A stretch of 64,000 nucleotides of DNA from Chloroflexota bacterium (GCA_023475345.1 JAMCWD010000070.1:360-64359), one strand, 5' to 3'; numbered from the stretch's first letter, positions 17,528 through 27,020 are shown. Made by a program: numbers and translations. Notes: generated from the letters alone by a model not told the origin.

Positions 17528-18673
17528 ATGTTGCTGGATGAGATCCTTGCGGCAAATTCGAAATACAACAAAACGGAACCCGAATCCGTCCCGAAGGTAA
17601 TAATAATCACCTGTATGGACCCCAGGCTTAACGCCGATTTACTGCCCTCGATGGGATTGAAAAACGGCGAAGCTTTCGTTATCAGGAACGCCGGGAACCT
17701 GGCGACTCCCGACGTTGTCCGCAGCGCTATAATAGCCGCCGTGCTTTATGATATTAATGAGATAATAGTGCTGGGGCATACCGATTGCGCCATATCGAAG
17801 TTAACCGTATCACAATTCCTGGATTCCCTTTCGCGGGAGAAAGTCCACCGGAACGCGATTCCCGATCAGAATATACGAGAGTGGCTGGGCATTTTCGTTA
17901 ACGAGAATGAAAATATAAAAAAGCAGGTGGAGTTTTTGCGCTCACATCCTTTAATGCCCGGGGATGTCCATGTTCACGGGCTGATGTTTGATGTCTCAAC
18001 GGGTAATGTTTCGGTTGTCGTTAACGGTTACCAGGCGCCTAAGGCCCTGCCCACGCACGGCGGCCAGCCGATTAAACTGGATTATAAAACGCTTTTTGAC
18101 CAGCGCAGGACGGGTAAATTCGAAGGCGAAGGCATAACGGAAATGGGTATAGATACCCCGGATTTTACACATTACGAGCTCAAATCGACCACCGACGGTA
18201 ATATCCCTGTTACTCAAAACATTGATCTGACGACGATGGAAAAGGTTTCCTTCATCACTGATTTCGACAAACCTGATACGGTCTCAACCTCGCTTCAGCC
18301 TCCCGTTGAGAAGCCTTTGCCGGTAACCGGCGCCGGCGTATCCATCAGCCGGGGTGGAGGGGAGAAAAAACAGCCTCCGAAACAGGATCGGAGTTTTTCT
18401 CAGATGGCGGAAGTGCCTAAAGAATATGCCGCGGCGGTTGATGCCGCCCACGATATGCTTCCCGAAAAATACCAGATCGTTATAGACAACCTGGGCTATG
18501 ACGCGAAGAACGTGCTCAAGCAGCTCAAGCGCCTGACCGGGAAAGACTATTCGCTTTACACGGCCGTCGGAGTCCCCATTTTGAAAAACCTCAGCAAAGA
18601 AAGGGCCGATAAAATCAAAAGCATCTGGGAAAGCTGGGGCGCAAGGATCATAGTAAAGCCTGAAGACAAGTAG
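17528..18673 (+). CDS. beta-class carbonic anhydrase-like domain fused to a C-terminal ribosomal L7/L12 CTD-like domain
   Basis: The N-terminal domain has CMDPR and GHTDCA zinc-ligand motifs. The last ~70 aa (YQIVIDNLGYDAKNVLKQLKRLTGKDYSLYTAVGVPILKNLSKERADKIKSIWESWGARIIVKPE) follow the L7/L12 C-terminal domain pattern. An RBS GGAGG precedes the ATG. Confidence 0.6.
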   Translation: MLLDEILAANSKYNKTEPESVPKVIIITCMDPRLNADLLPSMGLKNGEAFVIRNAGNLATPDVVRSAIIAAVLYDINEIIVLGHTDCAISKLTVSQFLDSLSREKVHRNAIPDQNIREWLGIFVNENENIKKQVEFLRSHPLMPGDVHVHGLMFDVSTGNVSVVVNGYQAPKALPTHGGQPIKLDYKTLFDQRRTGKFEGEGITEMGIDTPDFTHYELKSTTDGNIPVTQNIDLTTMEKVSFITDFDKPDTVSTSLQPPVEKPLPVTGAGVSISRGGGEKKQPPKQDRSFSQMAEVPKEYAAAVDAAHDMLPEKYQIVIDNLGYDAKNVLKQLKRLTGKDYSLYTAVGVPILKNLSKERADKIKSIWESWGARIIVKPEDK

Positions 18674-18711
18674 AGGCGGGGTTGTTAAAATATATTTGAG
18701 AATTCTGCATA

Positions 18712-19305
18712 ATGGAAAAGTGGATTAATCCAATTGCTAAAGGCATCGGCATAGCCGTCCTGGTTACACTTGTTGTAGTTATGCAGGGTTTGATAATGTC
18801 GGTCGGTATTTTAGGCTTCGATCTTTTCTACCAAAACTGCTTCAAGACCCATCTTCAAACGCTGGAAGCACCTGGCAAAAATATGAAGTTTGTCCTCATG
18901 ACCGACCTGGCAGGTGTTGGTGACCGTTCATGGTATGTTTATAAATCGCCTGTTGTAATTGACGTTATACAAAAAGTAGAAATGAGAATCGGCCACAATA
19001 CGGATGGAGTCCTTTTTTGGAATTACTCCGAGACAGGAGACCACTCCGATAATGCCAAACTTGAAATCCTTAAGGGGAAGTACCTGGTCTTTTCACGCGG
19101 GGGCCTCTATCACAGCTTGTATGACATTGATACGGGGCAGGTGCTCGTAAATGAAGAAAATCCGTTTGTTGCCTGGCTATGCTCAGAAGAAGATGAAAAT
19201 TCACCGGAACTTATGAGACCGCAAAACATGAAGACGACACTGGATAGCTGGGTTAGGAAGAATCTTCATGCGAAGATCGAGAAGATATTGAACGACATTG
19301 AATGA
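18712..19305 (+). CDS. hypothetical membrane-anchored protein
   Basis: The ORF is 197 aa with an N-terminal hydrophobic segment. I recognise no motif. Confidence 0.35.
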   Translation: MEKWINPIAKGIGIAVLVTLVVVMQGLIMSVGILGFDLFYQNCFKTHLQTLEAPGKNMKFVLMTDLAGVGDRSWYVYKSPVVIDVIQKVEMRIGHNTDGVLFWNYSETGDHSDNAKLEILKGKYLVFSRGGLYHSLYDIDTGQVLVNEENPFVAWLCSEEDENSPELMRPQNMKTTLDSWVRKNLHAKIEKILNDIE

Positions 19306-19470
19306 TACACATCCTCTGTGGCGATAGTCAAAGAAGTGCCATCCCGACATCCCCCGGCCCTGCGGGCCACCCCCTTTCATTAAGATACAAGGGGGATTTC
19401 GTTTTGCTAATATGCAGGTTTGAGGCCGAAATTCACGGTTCCGGACAAACAAAATCCCTGTAAAAGAAAT

Positions 19471-19498
19471 CGGGCGGGCGGGGAAACCCCGCCCCTAC
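19471..19498. repeat. GC-rich palindromic intergenic element (GGGCGGGG-AAA-CCCCGCCC), copy 1
   Basis: The sequence is CGGGCGGGCGGGGAAACCCCGCCCCTAC. A near-identical copy lies in inverted orientation at 34828-34855. Confidence 0.6.
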
Positions 19499-19654
19499 GA
19501 GGGGCTTGAAACAAGAACCCCGGGACTCTGCGGCATCATAGGGAATCCTCTGCGAACTCTGCGGTTAAAACTATTCTCAATAACCGTACAGAATTGGAGG
19601 ATTTTTCAGATTCTAAAATTTGATATTACGTCTGGAATCGCCTTAATAAAGCCG

Positions 19655-20380
19655 TTACTTTTTACGGAAATATTTCCACGAATACAACTCTTTTAAATGC
19701 TTCAGGTAATTTATGAACTCGCCCTTGGAAAGCTTGCTCCGGCCTTCCGCGCGGTTCACGAAAACATATGGGATCTCTTTAACCTTATCGTATTTGCCCT
19801 TGACGAATATCTCCAGGCCTATCTTGTAGCCGATTGCGGAAAGCTCCGCCCCGTCTATAACCGAGCGGTGGATTGCAAAAAAACCCGACATGCTGTCGGT
19901 AACGCCGGTTACCCCCCTGGAGAGCAATATCGCACCGCGTGATATTATAAACCTGACCAGCGGCCAGTTTTTGATCCCGCCTCCTTTTATATACCTGCTC
20001 CCCACCACCACCTGCGCTTCGCCCTTTTCGATCATCTCAACCATCTGCGGGATAATGCCTACATCGTGGGACAGGTCGGCGTCCGTAACGATTATAATAT
20101 CGCCTTTGGAGGCTTCGAACCCCTCCATGACCGCCGACGAAAGGCCCAGCTTCCCTGCCCGGTGGACGACGGTTATGGGCTTTTCAAGCGCCAGCTTATC
20201 CGCAAGATCCCCCGTCCCGTCGGGAGAGTTGTCATCGACTATCACCATCTCGGCATCGAGACCCGCGCCTCCGGTTACGTCGAATATCGTCGATACGAGC
20301 CTTGGCAGTCCTTCAAGCTCGTTATATGTGGGGACGATTACTGAGATCATTTCTGCTCCTAAAGCGAGATCACTTTCCAT
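19655..20380 (-). CDS. GT2 polyprenol/dolichol-phosphate mannosyltransferase
   Basis: ISVIVPTYNE, VIVDDNSPDGT and TDADLSHD are typical GT2 Dpm1-like motifs. Confidence 0.8.
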   Translation of the reverse strand: MESDLALGAEMISVIVPTYNELEGLPRLVSTIFDVTGGAGLDAEMVIVDDNSPDGTGDLADKLALEKPITVVHRAGKLGLSSAVMEGFEASKGDIIIVTDADLSHDVGIIPQMVEMIEKGEAQVVVGSRYIKGGGIKNWPLVRFIISRGAILLSRGVTGVTDSMSGFFAIHRSVIDGAELSAIGYKIGLEIFVKGKYDKVKEIPYVFVNRAEGRSKLSKGEFINYLKHLKELYSWKYFRKK

Positions 20381-20808
20381 GCCGCCATTAAGTGTTCGGT
20401 TATCGTTTCCATGTCGGAAACCGTTCCCACCTTGATCTTGCCTTCAAGGTCAAGCTCTTCGACGGATATCGCATCGATCAGCACTTTGACTTCCTGCTCT
20501 TCCAGGATGGCAAGCCTGCCGAGCATTTCGGAATCCTGGCACGCCATGGTTACGGCGGTGTTCATGAGTATGACGGCCCGCGGCTTGACCTGCTGGTTTA
20601 TAAGCGCCTGGAAGAAAAACTTCAAAAGCCTTCCGCCCAGCCCGACATCCTCATGGCCCATGTAAGGCGAAGTCAGCAATATGACAATGTTCTTCGCGCC
20701 GCCGGGGCCGCGGATTTTCAAAGGCAGAGTCTCTTCGAACTCCCCGAAATCTCCCCTTACTGTCCGAAGATAATAATTGAGATCCTTCTCTACAAAGCCT
20801 GCAGGCAT
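20359..20808 (-). CDS. DsrE-like domain protein related to the C-terminal half of selenium-metabolism protein YedF
   Basis: IVILLTSPYMGHEDVGLGGRLLKFFFQAL...VILMNTAV...KVGTVSDMETI resembles the YedF DsrE-like module. The TusA-like CPxP N-domain is absent. Confidence 0.5.
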   Translation of the reverse strand: MPAGFVEKDLNYYLRTVRGDFGEFEETLPLKIRGPGGAKNIVILLTSPYMGHEDVGLGGRLLKFFFQALINQQVKPRAVILMNTAVTMACQDSEMLGRLAILEEQEVKVLIDAISVEELDLEGKIKVGTVSDMETITEHLMAAWKVISL

Positions 20809-21066
20809 CTTAGCCTCAGGCCTGGGAAGCTCTCTTTCAGGATCTTTCAGCGCCGTTCCCTCCTGTTCGTTATACTGGGTACCGCGGCTTTTACCGCTTC
20901 GCCGGGTATCGTTACATATACTATGCCGCGGGTCTTTTCCCTTCCCGGATTATTTCCGGCTCCTGATCCGAATGGGCGGCACCCCAGTGCGGGCGGCAGA
21001 TAAGCAGGATACAACGAATTCCCATTCGAATAATTATACTTGTAGTTTAGGAGGGGAGGGAGAAAA

Positions 21067-21369
21067 ATGGAACCTGATGAAAAAGATGAAATTTCAGACC
21101 CCCATGATATATTCGGATCATTTAAGGACTTACAAAGGCTAAAAAAGCAATCCAATAAAAAAGAAGGAGGCGGCATTATAGAGTTTTTAGGGTTGATATT
21201 ATCATTTATTAAAGAAGGTTTTATAATTAAGATTTCTAACCCGGATGCCGAAAAAAAGAGAGAAGGAATATGGATAGATCTCAAGACCGGAAGGGAAAAA
21301 AACGATGACGCCGACAGTTCAGCGGATAGAGCTAAAAATTTAGGATTAACAGTCATTACACTTGAGTAG
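21067..21369 (+). CDS. hypothetical 100-aa ORF, probably the detached N-terminal part of the downstream DUF1963 gene
   Basis: It ends in the first copy of a 26-bp tandem duplication. Removing one copy joins it in frame to the ORF at 21450. Confidence 0.4.
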   Translation: MEPDEKDEISDPHDIFGSFKDLQRLKKQSNKKEGGGIIEFLGLILSFIKEGFIIKISNPDAEKKREGIWIDLKTGREKNDDADSSADRAKNLGLTVITLE

Positions 21370-21392
21370 GATTAACAGTCATTACACTTGAG
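21341..21392 (+). repeat. perfect 26-bp tandem duplication (TAGGATTAACAGTCATTACACTTGAG x2)
   Basis: The copies at 21341-21366 and 21367-21392 are identical. Confidence 0.95.
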
Positions 21393-21449
21393 CCGGAAAA
21401 AATATCGGACGATGAATATCATTCCCTTCTGATCGCAGGCAAAGCATAT

Positions 21450-22193
21450 TTGAAAAACATGAAAAAAAACGCCACACTGCTTGTTCCAATCGCATCGGAT
21501 AATCCGATCCCATTCAATCAGAGTAAAATGGGCGGCATTCCGAATTTGAATATATTCGAATCCGAATGGCCGGTATGCGAGTATTGCGGCCACCCTCTTC
21601 ACTTTGTGATACAAATATATAAAAAAGATTTCCCGGATTTTTATTTCCCTGATGGCTCGAATATTTTTTCAATTTTCAGGTGCCCTAATTTCGATTGTCC
21701 GAAATGGTACAAAACAGATGCGTTTGATCATCCCATTTTTTTGTATTTTGGCGAAGTTGACATGAACGGTGAAAATAAAACTTTTGAAAAACCTCCAGAC
21801 AGGGCTGTAAAAGAAAGATGTGAGAATGAGGTTGTCGAGTGTTATTTCAAGCCGAGAAAAGTTGACGATTACCCTGACAGGATCGATTATCCGCAAGAAC
21901 TTTTAGATTATGGGGTTGATGAGATCTTGTCGGAAGAATTCAAGCACCACCAATACACGAAGTATGGCGGCTGGCCTGCGCGGATACAGGGAGATAAAAA
22001 CCCTGATTGTAAATGCGGGAAAGTTAAATCCATGTTTTTTCAGCTCGGGACTGATGAACCTGATGACCCTGATAAGAAAGGGGAGTTTTTTGGAGATCAT
22101 GGGCTTGAGCTTGGAGATGTTGGGGTTATCACATTTTATAAATGTGACGACTGCGGCTTGAAATCGATAGAATCAATTTTCGAATGTTACTGA
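21450..22193 (+). CDS. DUF1963 (YwqG-like) domain protein
   Basis: GGIPNL...WPVCEYCGHPLHFVIQIY and the C-terminal GG-W-P and CDDCG pattern are typical of YwqG/DUF1963. The open frame extends back to 21366. Confidence 0.6.
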   Translation: MKNMKKNATLLVPIASDNPIPFNQSKMGGIPNLNIFESEWPVCEYCGHPLHFVIQIYKKDFPDFYFPDGSNIFSIFRCPNFDCPKWYKTDAFDHPIFLYFGEVDMNGENKTFEKPPDRAVKERCENEVVECYFKPRKVDDYPDRIDYPQELLDYGVDEILSEEFKHHQYTKYGGWPARIQGDKNPDCKCGKVKSMFFQLGTDEPDDPDKKGEFFGDHGLELGDVGVITFYKCDDCGLKSIESIFECY

Positions 22194-22328
22194 AAATCAG
22201 GCGCTCCGTCTCCACGGCCGGCGCTTAAAACATGAAATTCAGGCATAGGTGGGATTAAAAGGAATCTACATTGCACCGAAGAAATATAGATGTGGTAAAA
22301 ATATAAAGAGAAGGAAATCATAAATATT

Positions 22329-23357
22329 ATGCAAGCTGTATTGCAAGAAATGTTCGATTGCTTTTCAAAAGGAAACCCGGTGTACCTCCCGTCCAAATTT
22401 TGGGAATCTTATAATGAAAAGAATCTGGGACAACTGGAATCACATGGATATGACAACTTCAAACAAACTTTGGCATTGAATTATTTTACATGGATAGTTG
22501 ATCATAAACACGAGCAGTTTCAGTATCTTTTAAAGAAAATAGGGCCGTTGTCTTATTTATTTATGCTCGAAGGTTTTTTTACGAACGATTCACATTCGGT
22601 ATTGACCCGGAAACAGCAGGCTACGTTAGGTATTTTCACTAAGGTTTTATGGCATTTTGCCCGGGAACTCGATCGTGAAAAAGTCCTTCCGCTTTTGGAA
22701 GAGCCGCTTGAGGGGAATCCTCTCAGGATTTTTTCAAAAGGGAAACTGATTTCACAGGACATTGCAAATTCAGTGATTGAGTTCTATTCCATCAGAGAAC
22801 AGTTTAAGGTGCCCTTTACCCAGAGTATAACGGTTTGCGAGCTGGGTGCGGGGTACGGCAGAAACGCCTATGTGTTTTTGAAAGTTTTCCCCCGTTGTAA
22901 GTACATCGTTATTGATATTCCTCCCGCTCTGTATGTGGCTCAAAGGTACCTGTCTTCGGTTTTCAATCAAAAAAAAATATTTCAGTTCAGGGATTTTAAA
23001 AGCTTCAGTGAGATTGAAGATGAGTTTTCACAAGCCGATATCATTTTTTTGCTTCCGCATCAGGCTGATTTACTGCCCGGTAAGATAGTGGATTTATTCA
23101 TCAATATCTCTTCGCTCCATGAAATGCTGCCTGAACAGATCAAAGCCTATTTCGGCTTAATTGATCACATAACAAAGCATTATTTTTATTCGAAGCAATG
23201 GTGGAACAGTATCAATCCTTTCGATAAAATCAATATCAAGCACACGGATTACCCGGTGCCTTCCAACTGGAAAGAGCTCTATCTCAGAGATGCAAAAGTT
23301 CAGACTTCTTTCTTTGAATCGATGTATTCAATTAATGGTAACGCAGAGGGCGATTAA
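22329..23357 (+). CDS. class I SAM-dependent methyltransferase (putative sugar O-methyltransferase type)
   Basis: The SAM motif I is VCELGAGYGRNAYVF. The N-terminal SKFWE...NFKQTLALNYFTW resembles the putative sugar O-methyltransferase family. Confidence 0.45.
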   Translation: MQAVLQEMFDCFSKGNPVYLPSKFWESYNEKNLGQLESHGYDNFKQTLALNYFTWIVDHKHEQFQYLLKKIGPLSYLFMLEGFFTNDSHSVLTRKQQATLGIFTKVLWHFARELDREKVLPLLEEPLEGNPLRIFSKGKLISQDIANSVIEFYSIREQFKVPFTQSITVCELGAGYGRNAYVFLKVFPRCKYIVIDIPPALYVAQRYLSSVFNQKKIFQFRDFKSFSEIEDEFSQADIIFLLPHQADLLPGKIVDLFINISSLHEMLPEQIKAYFGLIDHITKHYFYSKQWWNSINPFDKINIKHTDYPVPSNWKELYLRDAKVQTSFFESMYSINGNAEGD

Positions 23358-23411
23358 TACGCCGTATTGTATCCGCTTTCGACGCTTCCCGCAGCATGAC
23401 TATATTTAAAA

Positions 23412-25001
23412 TCAGCCAGCTTCTACGGCGCCGGGTTCATGCCTGCCGGATTTTTCGGGCTTCCGGTTCCCTTCGTGGAAAAATAACCCTACAACAAGCC
23501 CCGCCACGCAGAGCCATGCCATGATGATGAAGGCGTCGTTATAAGCCCATGCCGCCGCCATATTCTGGTTGTACATGCTGATACCCAGGGAGCGGACGGC
23601 ATCCGCTCCTTTCGAGATGTTCATGATCCCGGGGACCCACCGCCCGGCGTGGTTTGCAATGGAGCCTGTGAAGGCTTCAAGCTGGCTCTGGAAGTGAAAA
23701 GTAGTACGTGAATTTACCAGGGTCTCCATGTAATTGATGCCGTAAGCCCCGCCGACCTGCATCAGGACTGTCTGGAGCATGGAAACTGTGCCGACATGCC
23801 TGGGTTCGACCACGTTCATGGCGCTGGACATCATGGGAGACGAAAGCATGCCCATCCCGATCCCCAGTAGCAGCATAGGCCACAGAATAGCGCTGTACGG
23901 AGAGTTCGGGGCGATGTCGCGGTAAAGCCAGAGAGACCATGCGGTTATGAGAAAACCGGGGAGGATAAGCGGCTTTGCACCGAAGCGGTCGGCAAGCCTC
24001 CCGGCTATCGGGGTGGAAAATCCGGCCACTATCGCGCCCGGTATCAGGTAAACTCCGGCCTGGAAGGCGGAATAGCCCATCAGGGTCTGCATGAAAAGCG
24101 ACAGGAAAAGCGTCCTGCCGAAAAGGGCCACCGCCCGCAGGAATGACATGATGCTGAGAAGAGTGAAAGGCAGGTCCGAAAAAAGCGACAGGTCGATGAT
24201 CGGATGTTTCGCGTACAGGTCGGATACAACAAAGACGAAAAAGCCTGCTCCTGCAAGGGAAAAGCATGTAACTGTAGCCGGGGAATCCCAGCCCCAGCGC
24301 TCCCCCTGTGAAAGGGCCAGAAGGAAGGTCGTCAGGGCCGTGCTCAATCCCAGGAAACCCGCCCAGTCGAAGGGTCGGCTTTCTCCCTTTGGGGACAGGC
24401 GCAGGACGGAAACCGACATCAAAATTCCGATAATGCCGACGGGGATATTGATCAGGAAGATGGACGGCCAGCCGATACTGTCAACCAGGTAGCCTCCCAG
24501 GGTCGGCCCCAGTACGGGCGCGAGCAGAATAACCATCCCGAACGTCCCGAATGCCGCTCCTCGTTCGCTTGGTTTGAAAGCGCGGGTGATGATTGTCATG
24601 CCTGTAGGGAGCATCAGCCCCCCGCCCACCGCCTGGAAAGCCCGGAACGCTATCATGGAATTTATATCCCATGCCCGCCCGCACATGAATGACCCGATTG
24701 TAAACAACCCCAGCGCTGCAATGTACAACCGTTCGTGCCCGAAGCGTTTGCCTATGAAATCGCTGATCAGGACTATCACGCCGTAGGAGATCATGTAAAC
24801 TGTAGCCACCCACTTCATTTTGTCGAGATCCGTGCCGAACGAGGCCATCATGTGGGGCATGGCTACATTGACGATGCTGCTGTCGAGGACGGCCATGAAA
24901 GTGCCGATCATTATGATCCCCAGGGCGCGCCACTTATAGCCGTCGTCCGGGGCAGGCGGGACGGTCGAAAATTGAGGACTTTTTTCAATATTTTCAGGCA
25001 T
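23412..25001 (-). CDS. emrB: MFS drug efflux transporter, DHA2 (EmrB/QacA) family
   Basis: The ORF is 529 aa with about 14 transmembrane helices. It has the LDSSIVNVAMP motif and lies downstream of a HlyD-type gene. Confidence 0.8.
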   Translation of the reverse strand: MPENIEKSPQFSTVPPAPDDGYKWRALGIIMIGTFMAVLDSSIVNVAMPHMMASFGTDLDKMKWVATVYMISYGVIVLISDFIGKRFGHERLYIAALGLFTIGSFMCGRAWDINSMIAFRAFQAVGGGLMLPTGMTIITRAFKPSERGAAFGTFGMVILLAPVLGPTLGGYLVDSIGWPSIFLINIPVGIIGILMSVSVLRLSPKGESRPFDWAGFLGLSTALTTFLLALSQGERWGWDSPATVTCFSLAGAGFFVFVVSDLYAKHPIIDLSLFSDLPFTLLSIMSFLRAVALFGRTLFLSLFMQTLMGYSAFQAGVYLIPGAIVAGFSTPIAGRLADRFGAKPLILPGFLITAWSLWLYRDIAPNSPYSAILWPMLLLGIGMGMLSSPMMSSAMNVVEPRHVGTVSMLQTVLMQVGGAYGINYMETLVNSRTTFHFQSQLEAFTGSIANHAGRWVPGIMNISKGADAVRSLGISMYNQNMAAAWAYNDAFIIMAWLCVAGLVVGLFFHEGNRKPEKSGRHEPGAVEAG

Positions 25002-25048
25002 AAATACCGATGGAGCAGGCTCGCAAAGCCGCTTCCGTCTCGTACTGT

Positions 25049-26338
25049 TTATTTTTTCTCAGGCGGTTTTTTCGATATGTCCACCACGGCGTTCATCCCC
25101 GGCTTGAGGAGGTGGTCCGAGTCATCTACTTTTATCCTGACAGGGATGCGGTGGGTAACCTTTATGAAATTCCCCGACGGGTTATCGGAAGGGAAAAGGG
25201 AGAATTCGGAAGAAGCGGCCGCCCCGATGAATTCCACGCTCCCATTGAAAATTTTGTTGGGATAGGCATCCAGATGCACTTTCACAGAATCTCCCGGCCG
25301 GACATACCGGATGTTGTTTTCCTGGATATTTGCAACGACCCAGATCCGCTCGTAGTCGAGGACATAAAAGAGAGGCGATCCGGGGGTGGTCATCTCGCCC
25401 ATGTTTATATTGCGGCGTGCGACACTGCCCGTAACGGGGGATTTGACCGAAGTTTCGGCCAGCATCAGCGTTTGATAGCGCACCTTTGCATCTGCTTCCT
25501 TCAGCTTTGCGGCAAGGATCTTCAGGTTCTGGCGTGATACGTTAACCCGGTCGGCTCCGATTCTGGCAAGATTAACATTGCGGCTGCTGCTTTCAAGATC
25601 GCTTTTGGAAGCTAAATACTGATTTTGCTTTATGAGTATCGTGCGCAGACCCGCCCTGGCGACTTCAAGGAGATGTTCCTGCTCCTTTACGCTTTCTTTT
25701 GCGGCGTCAACGCCGGCTTTGTCCGCGATGCGGCGGGTTTCGGCCTGTTCTTGTTCCTGCTGGGAGATGCCTCCCTGCTTGAAAAGCTGTTTTGCCCGGT
25801 CGGCGTCATGGTCAGCTTCGGCGTATTCGGCCGATGCCTTTGTGAGCGTCGTCTTTGCTAGTGCAAGGGCCGCTTCCTGGCGCTTCAGACCTGCGCGGGC
25901 GGTCTCTTCCTGCATGGAAAGGTCCTCCTGTGAAATGTCGAGCCGGTATCCCGACGAAGCCAGGGAATCGTCTGCAAGGCCGAGACGGATATCGGATTCC
26001 TTCTCCTGGAGAGGGAGGTCCTGTGACAGCCTGTCCATGTCAAGACGTATCGACTGGGCGGAGGCTTCGGCCTGTGCAAGGGTCGCAGCAAGATCCCGGT
26101 CGTCCAGGGCGGCCAGCACCCGGCCCTTTTCCACCATATCTCCTTCTTCCGCTCCGAGGCGGATGACACGGGCCGCAACTTTCGTCGAGACTCCTACCAG
26201 GTTGCCTTTCACCTGGGCGTCATCCGTGGAAACATAAAGGATGTTGTGGATCACCCAGCTTGCAAGGAAAAATCCGCCTATCAGGAGCAGGGTGGTCAGG
26301 ATGATAAGTACGGTGCGCCTGTTGTAATGGTTTTGCAT
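25049..26338 (-). CDS. emrA: HlyD/EmrA-family membrane fusion protein
   Basis: It has a single N-terminal transmembrane helix, a long coiled coil and beta-barrel/lipoyl segments. The preferred start is the ATG at 26338, which overlaps the marR stop (TGATG), rather than the ORF-track start at 26443. Confidence 0.75.
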   Translation of the reverse strand: MQNHYNRRTVLIILTTLLLIGGFFLASWVIHNILYVSTDDAQVKGNLVGVSTKVAARVIRLGAEEGDMVEKGRVLAALDDRDLAATLAQAEASAQSIRLDMDRLSQDLPLQEKESDIRLGLADDSLASSGYRLDISQEDLSMQEETARAGLKRQEAALALAKTTLTKASAEYAEADHDADRAKQLFKQGGISQQEQEQAETRRIADKAGVDAAKESVKEQEHLLEVARAGLRTILIKQNQYLASKSDLESSSRNVNLARIGADRVNVSRQNLKILAAKLKEADAKVRYQTLMLAETSVKSPVTGSVARRNINMGEMTTPGSPLFYVLDYERIWVVANIQENNIRYVRPGDSVKVHLDAYPNKIFNGSVEFIGAAASSEFSLFPSDNPSGNFIKVTHRIPVRIKVDDSDHLLKPGMNAVVDISKKPPEKK

Positions 26339-26790
26339 CAGGATTCCTCCCTGGCTTTTGTAAGGAGCTGGCGCAGTTCGTCGAATATTTCGATCAGCCG
26401 CTTTCGTTCCGGCGGTGTGAGGCGGGCTATCCGGTCCGACCATTTTTTCCTGCGCTCGGCATAGAAAGCGTTTAAACGCCGACGCCCTGACGCGCTCAGG
26501 TGGAGGCGGACAGCACGGCGGTCGTCGGGATCGATATGGCGCACTATCATGCCTTCGTTTTCCATGCGCTCCAGCATCGCAGTCAGGGAAGGCACCGCGA
26601 TGCCGAGAGCGGAGGCAAGCTCGCCTATACGGGGGGATCCCAGGCGGTTAAGGTTTATAAGAACGCGCAGCCTGGCGCTTCCGGGCTCCAGGTTCATCTC
26701 CGATACCTTTACCCCGTGGAAAATCAGCCTCATCACCTGTGAAAGGCGGTCAATCAGTTCTTCCACCTGCCGCCTGGCGGCTTCAGACAT
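26338..26790 (-). CDS. marR: MarR-family transcriptional regulator
   Basis: The ORF is 150 aa with a winged-helix core (IGELASALGIAVPSLTAMLERMENEGMIVRHIDPDDRRAVRLHLS). Confidence 0.85.
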   Translation of the reverse strand: MSEAARRQVEELIDRLSQVMRLIFHGVKVSEMNLEPGSARLRVLINLNRLGSPRIGELASALGIAVPSLTAMLERMENEGMIVRHIDPDDRRAVRLHLSASGRRRLNAFYAERRKKWSDRIARLTPPERKRLIEIFDELRQLLTKAREES

Positions 26791-26907
26791 CGTTCCTCCA
26801 AAATTATTTAGTTAGCCTTACTAAATTATAGAGACCGGGTCAGTGCCTGTCAATCCGCCGTGAAGTGATCTATTCCCCTTTGATGTTACAGGAGACGTGT
26901 CCCGTTC

Positions 26908-26935
26908 TTGACACGGGCGGCTATTTTGCTATAAT
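26908..26935 (+). promoter_or_regulatory. sigma70 consensus promoter TTGACA-N16-TATAAT for the tRNA Val-Asp-Phe operon
   Basis: Both hexamers are perfect, and the -10 ends 10 nt before the tRNA-Val 5' end. Confidence 0.6.
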
Positions 26936-26945
26936 ATCCCGAGAC

Positions 26946-27020
26946 GGGCGAATAGCTCAGCGGGAGAGCACTTGCTTCACACGCAAGGGGTCACAGGTTC
27001 AAATCCTGTTTCGCCCACCA
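26946..27020 (+). tRNA. tRNA-Val (anticodon CAC), CCA encoded
   Basis: The cloverleaf has acceptor GGGCGAA/TTCGCCC, anticodon arm CTTGC-TTCACAC-GCAAG and T arm ACAGG-TTCAAAT-CCTGT. Confidence 0.9.

Noticed and set aside
20847-21356. A 169-aa minus-strand ORF and a 203-aa plus-strand ORF (20392-21003) lie around the YedF-like gene.
   Set aside because: They overlap better-supported genes or the frameshifted DUF1963 N-terminal fragment, have low-complexity translations and have no motifs.
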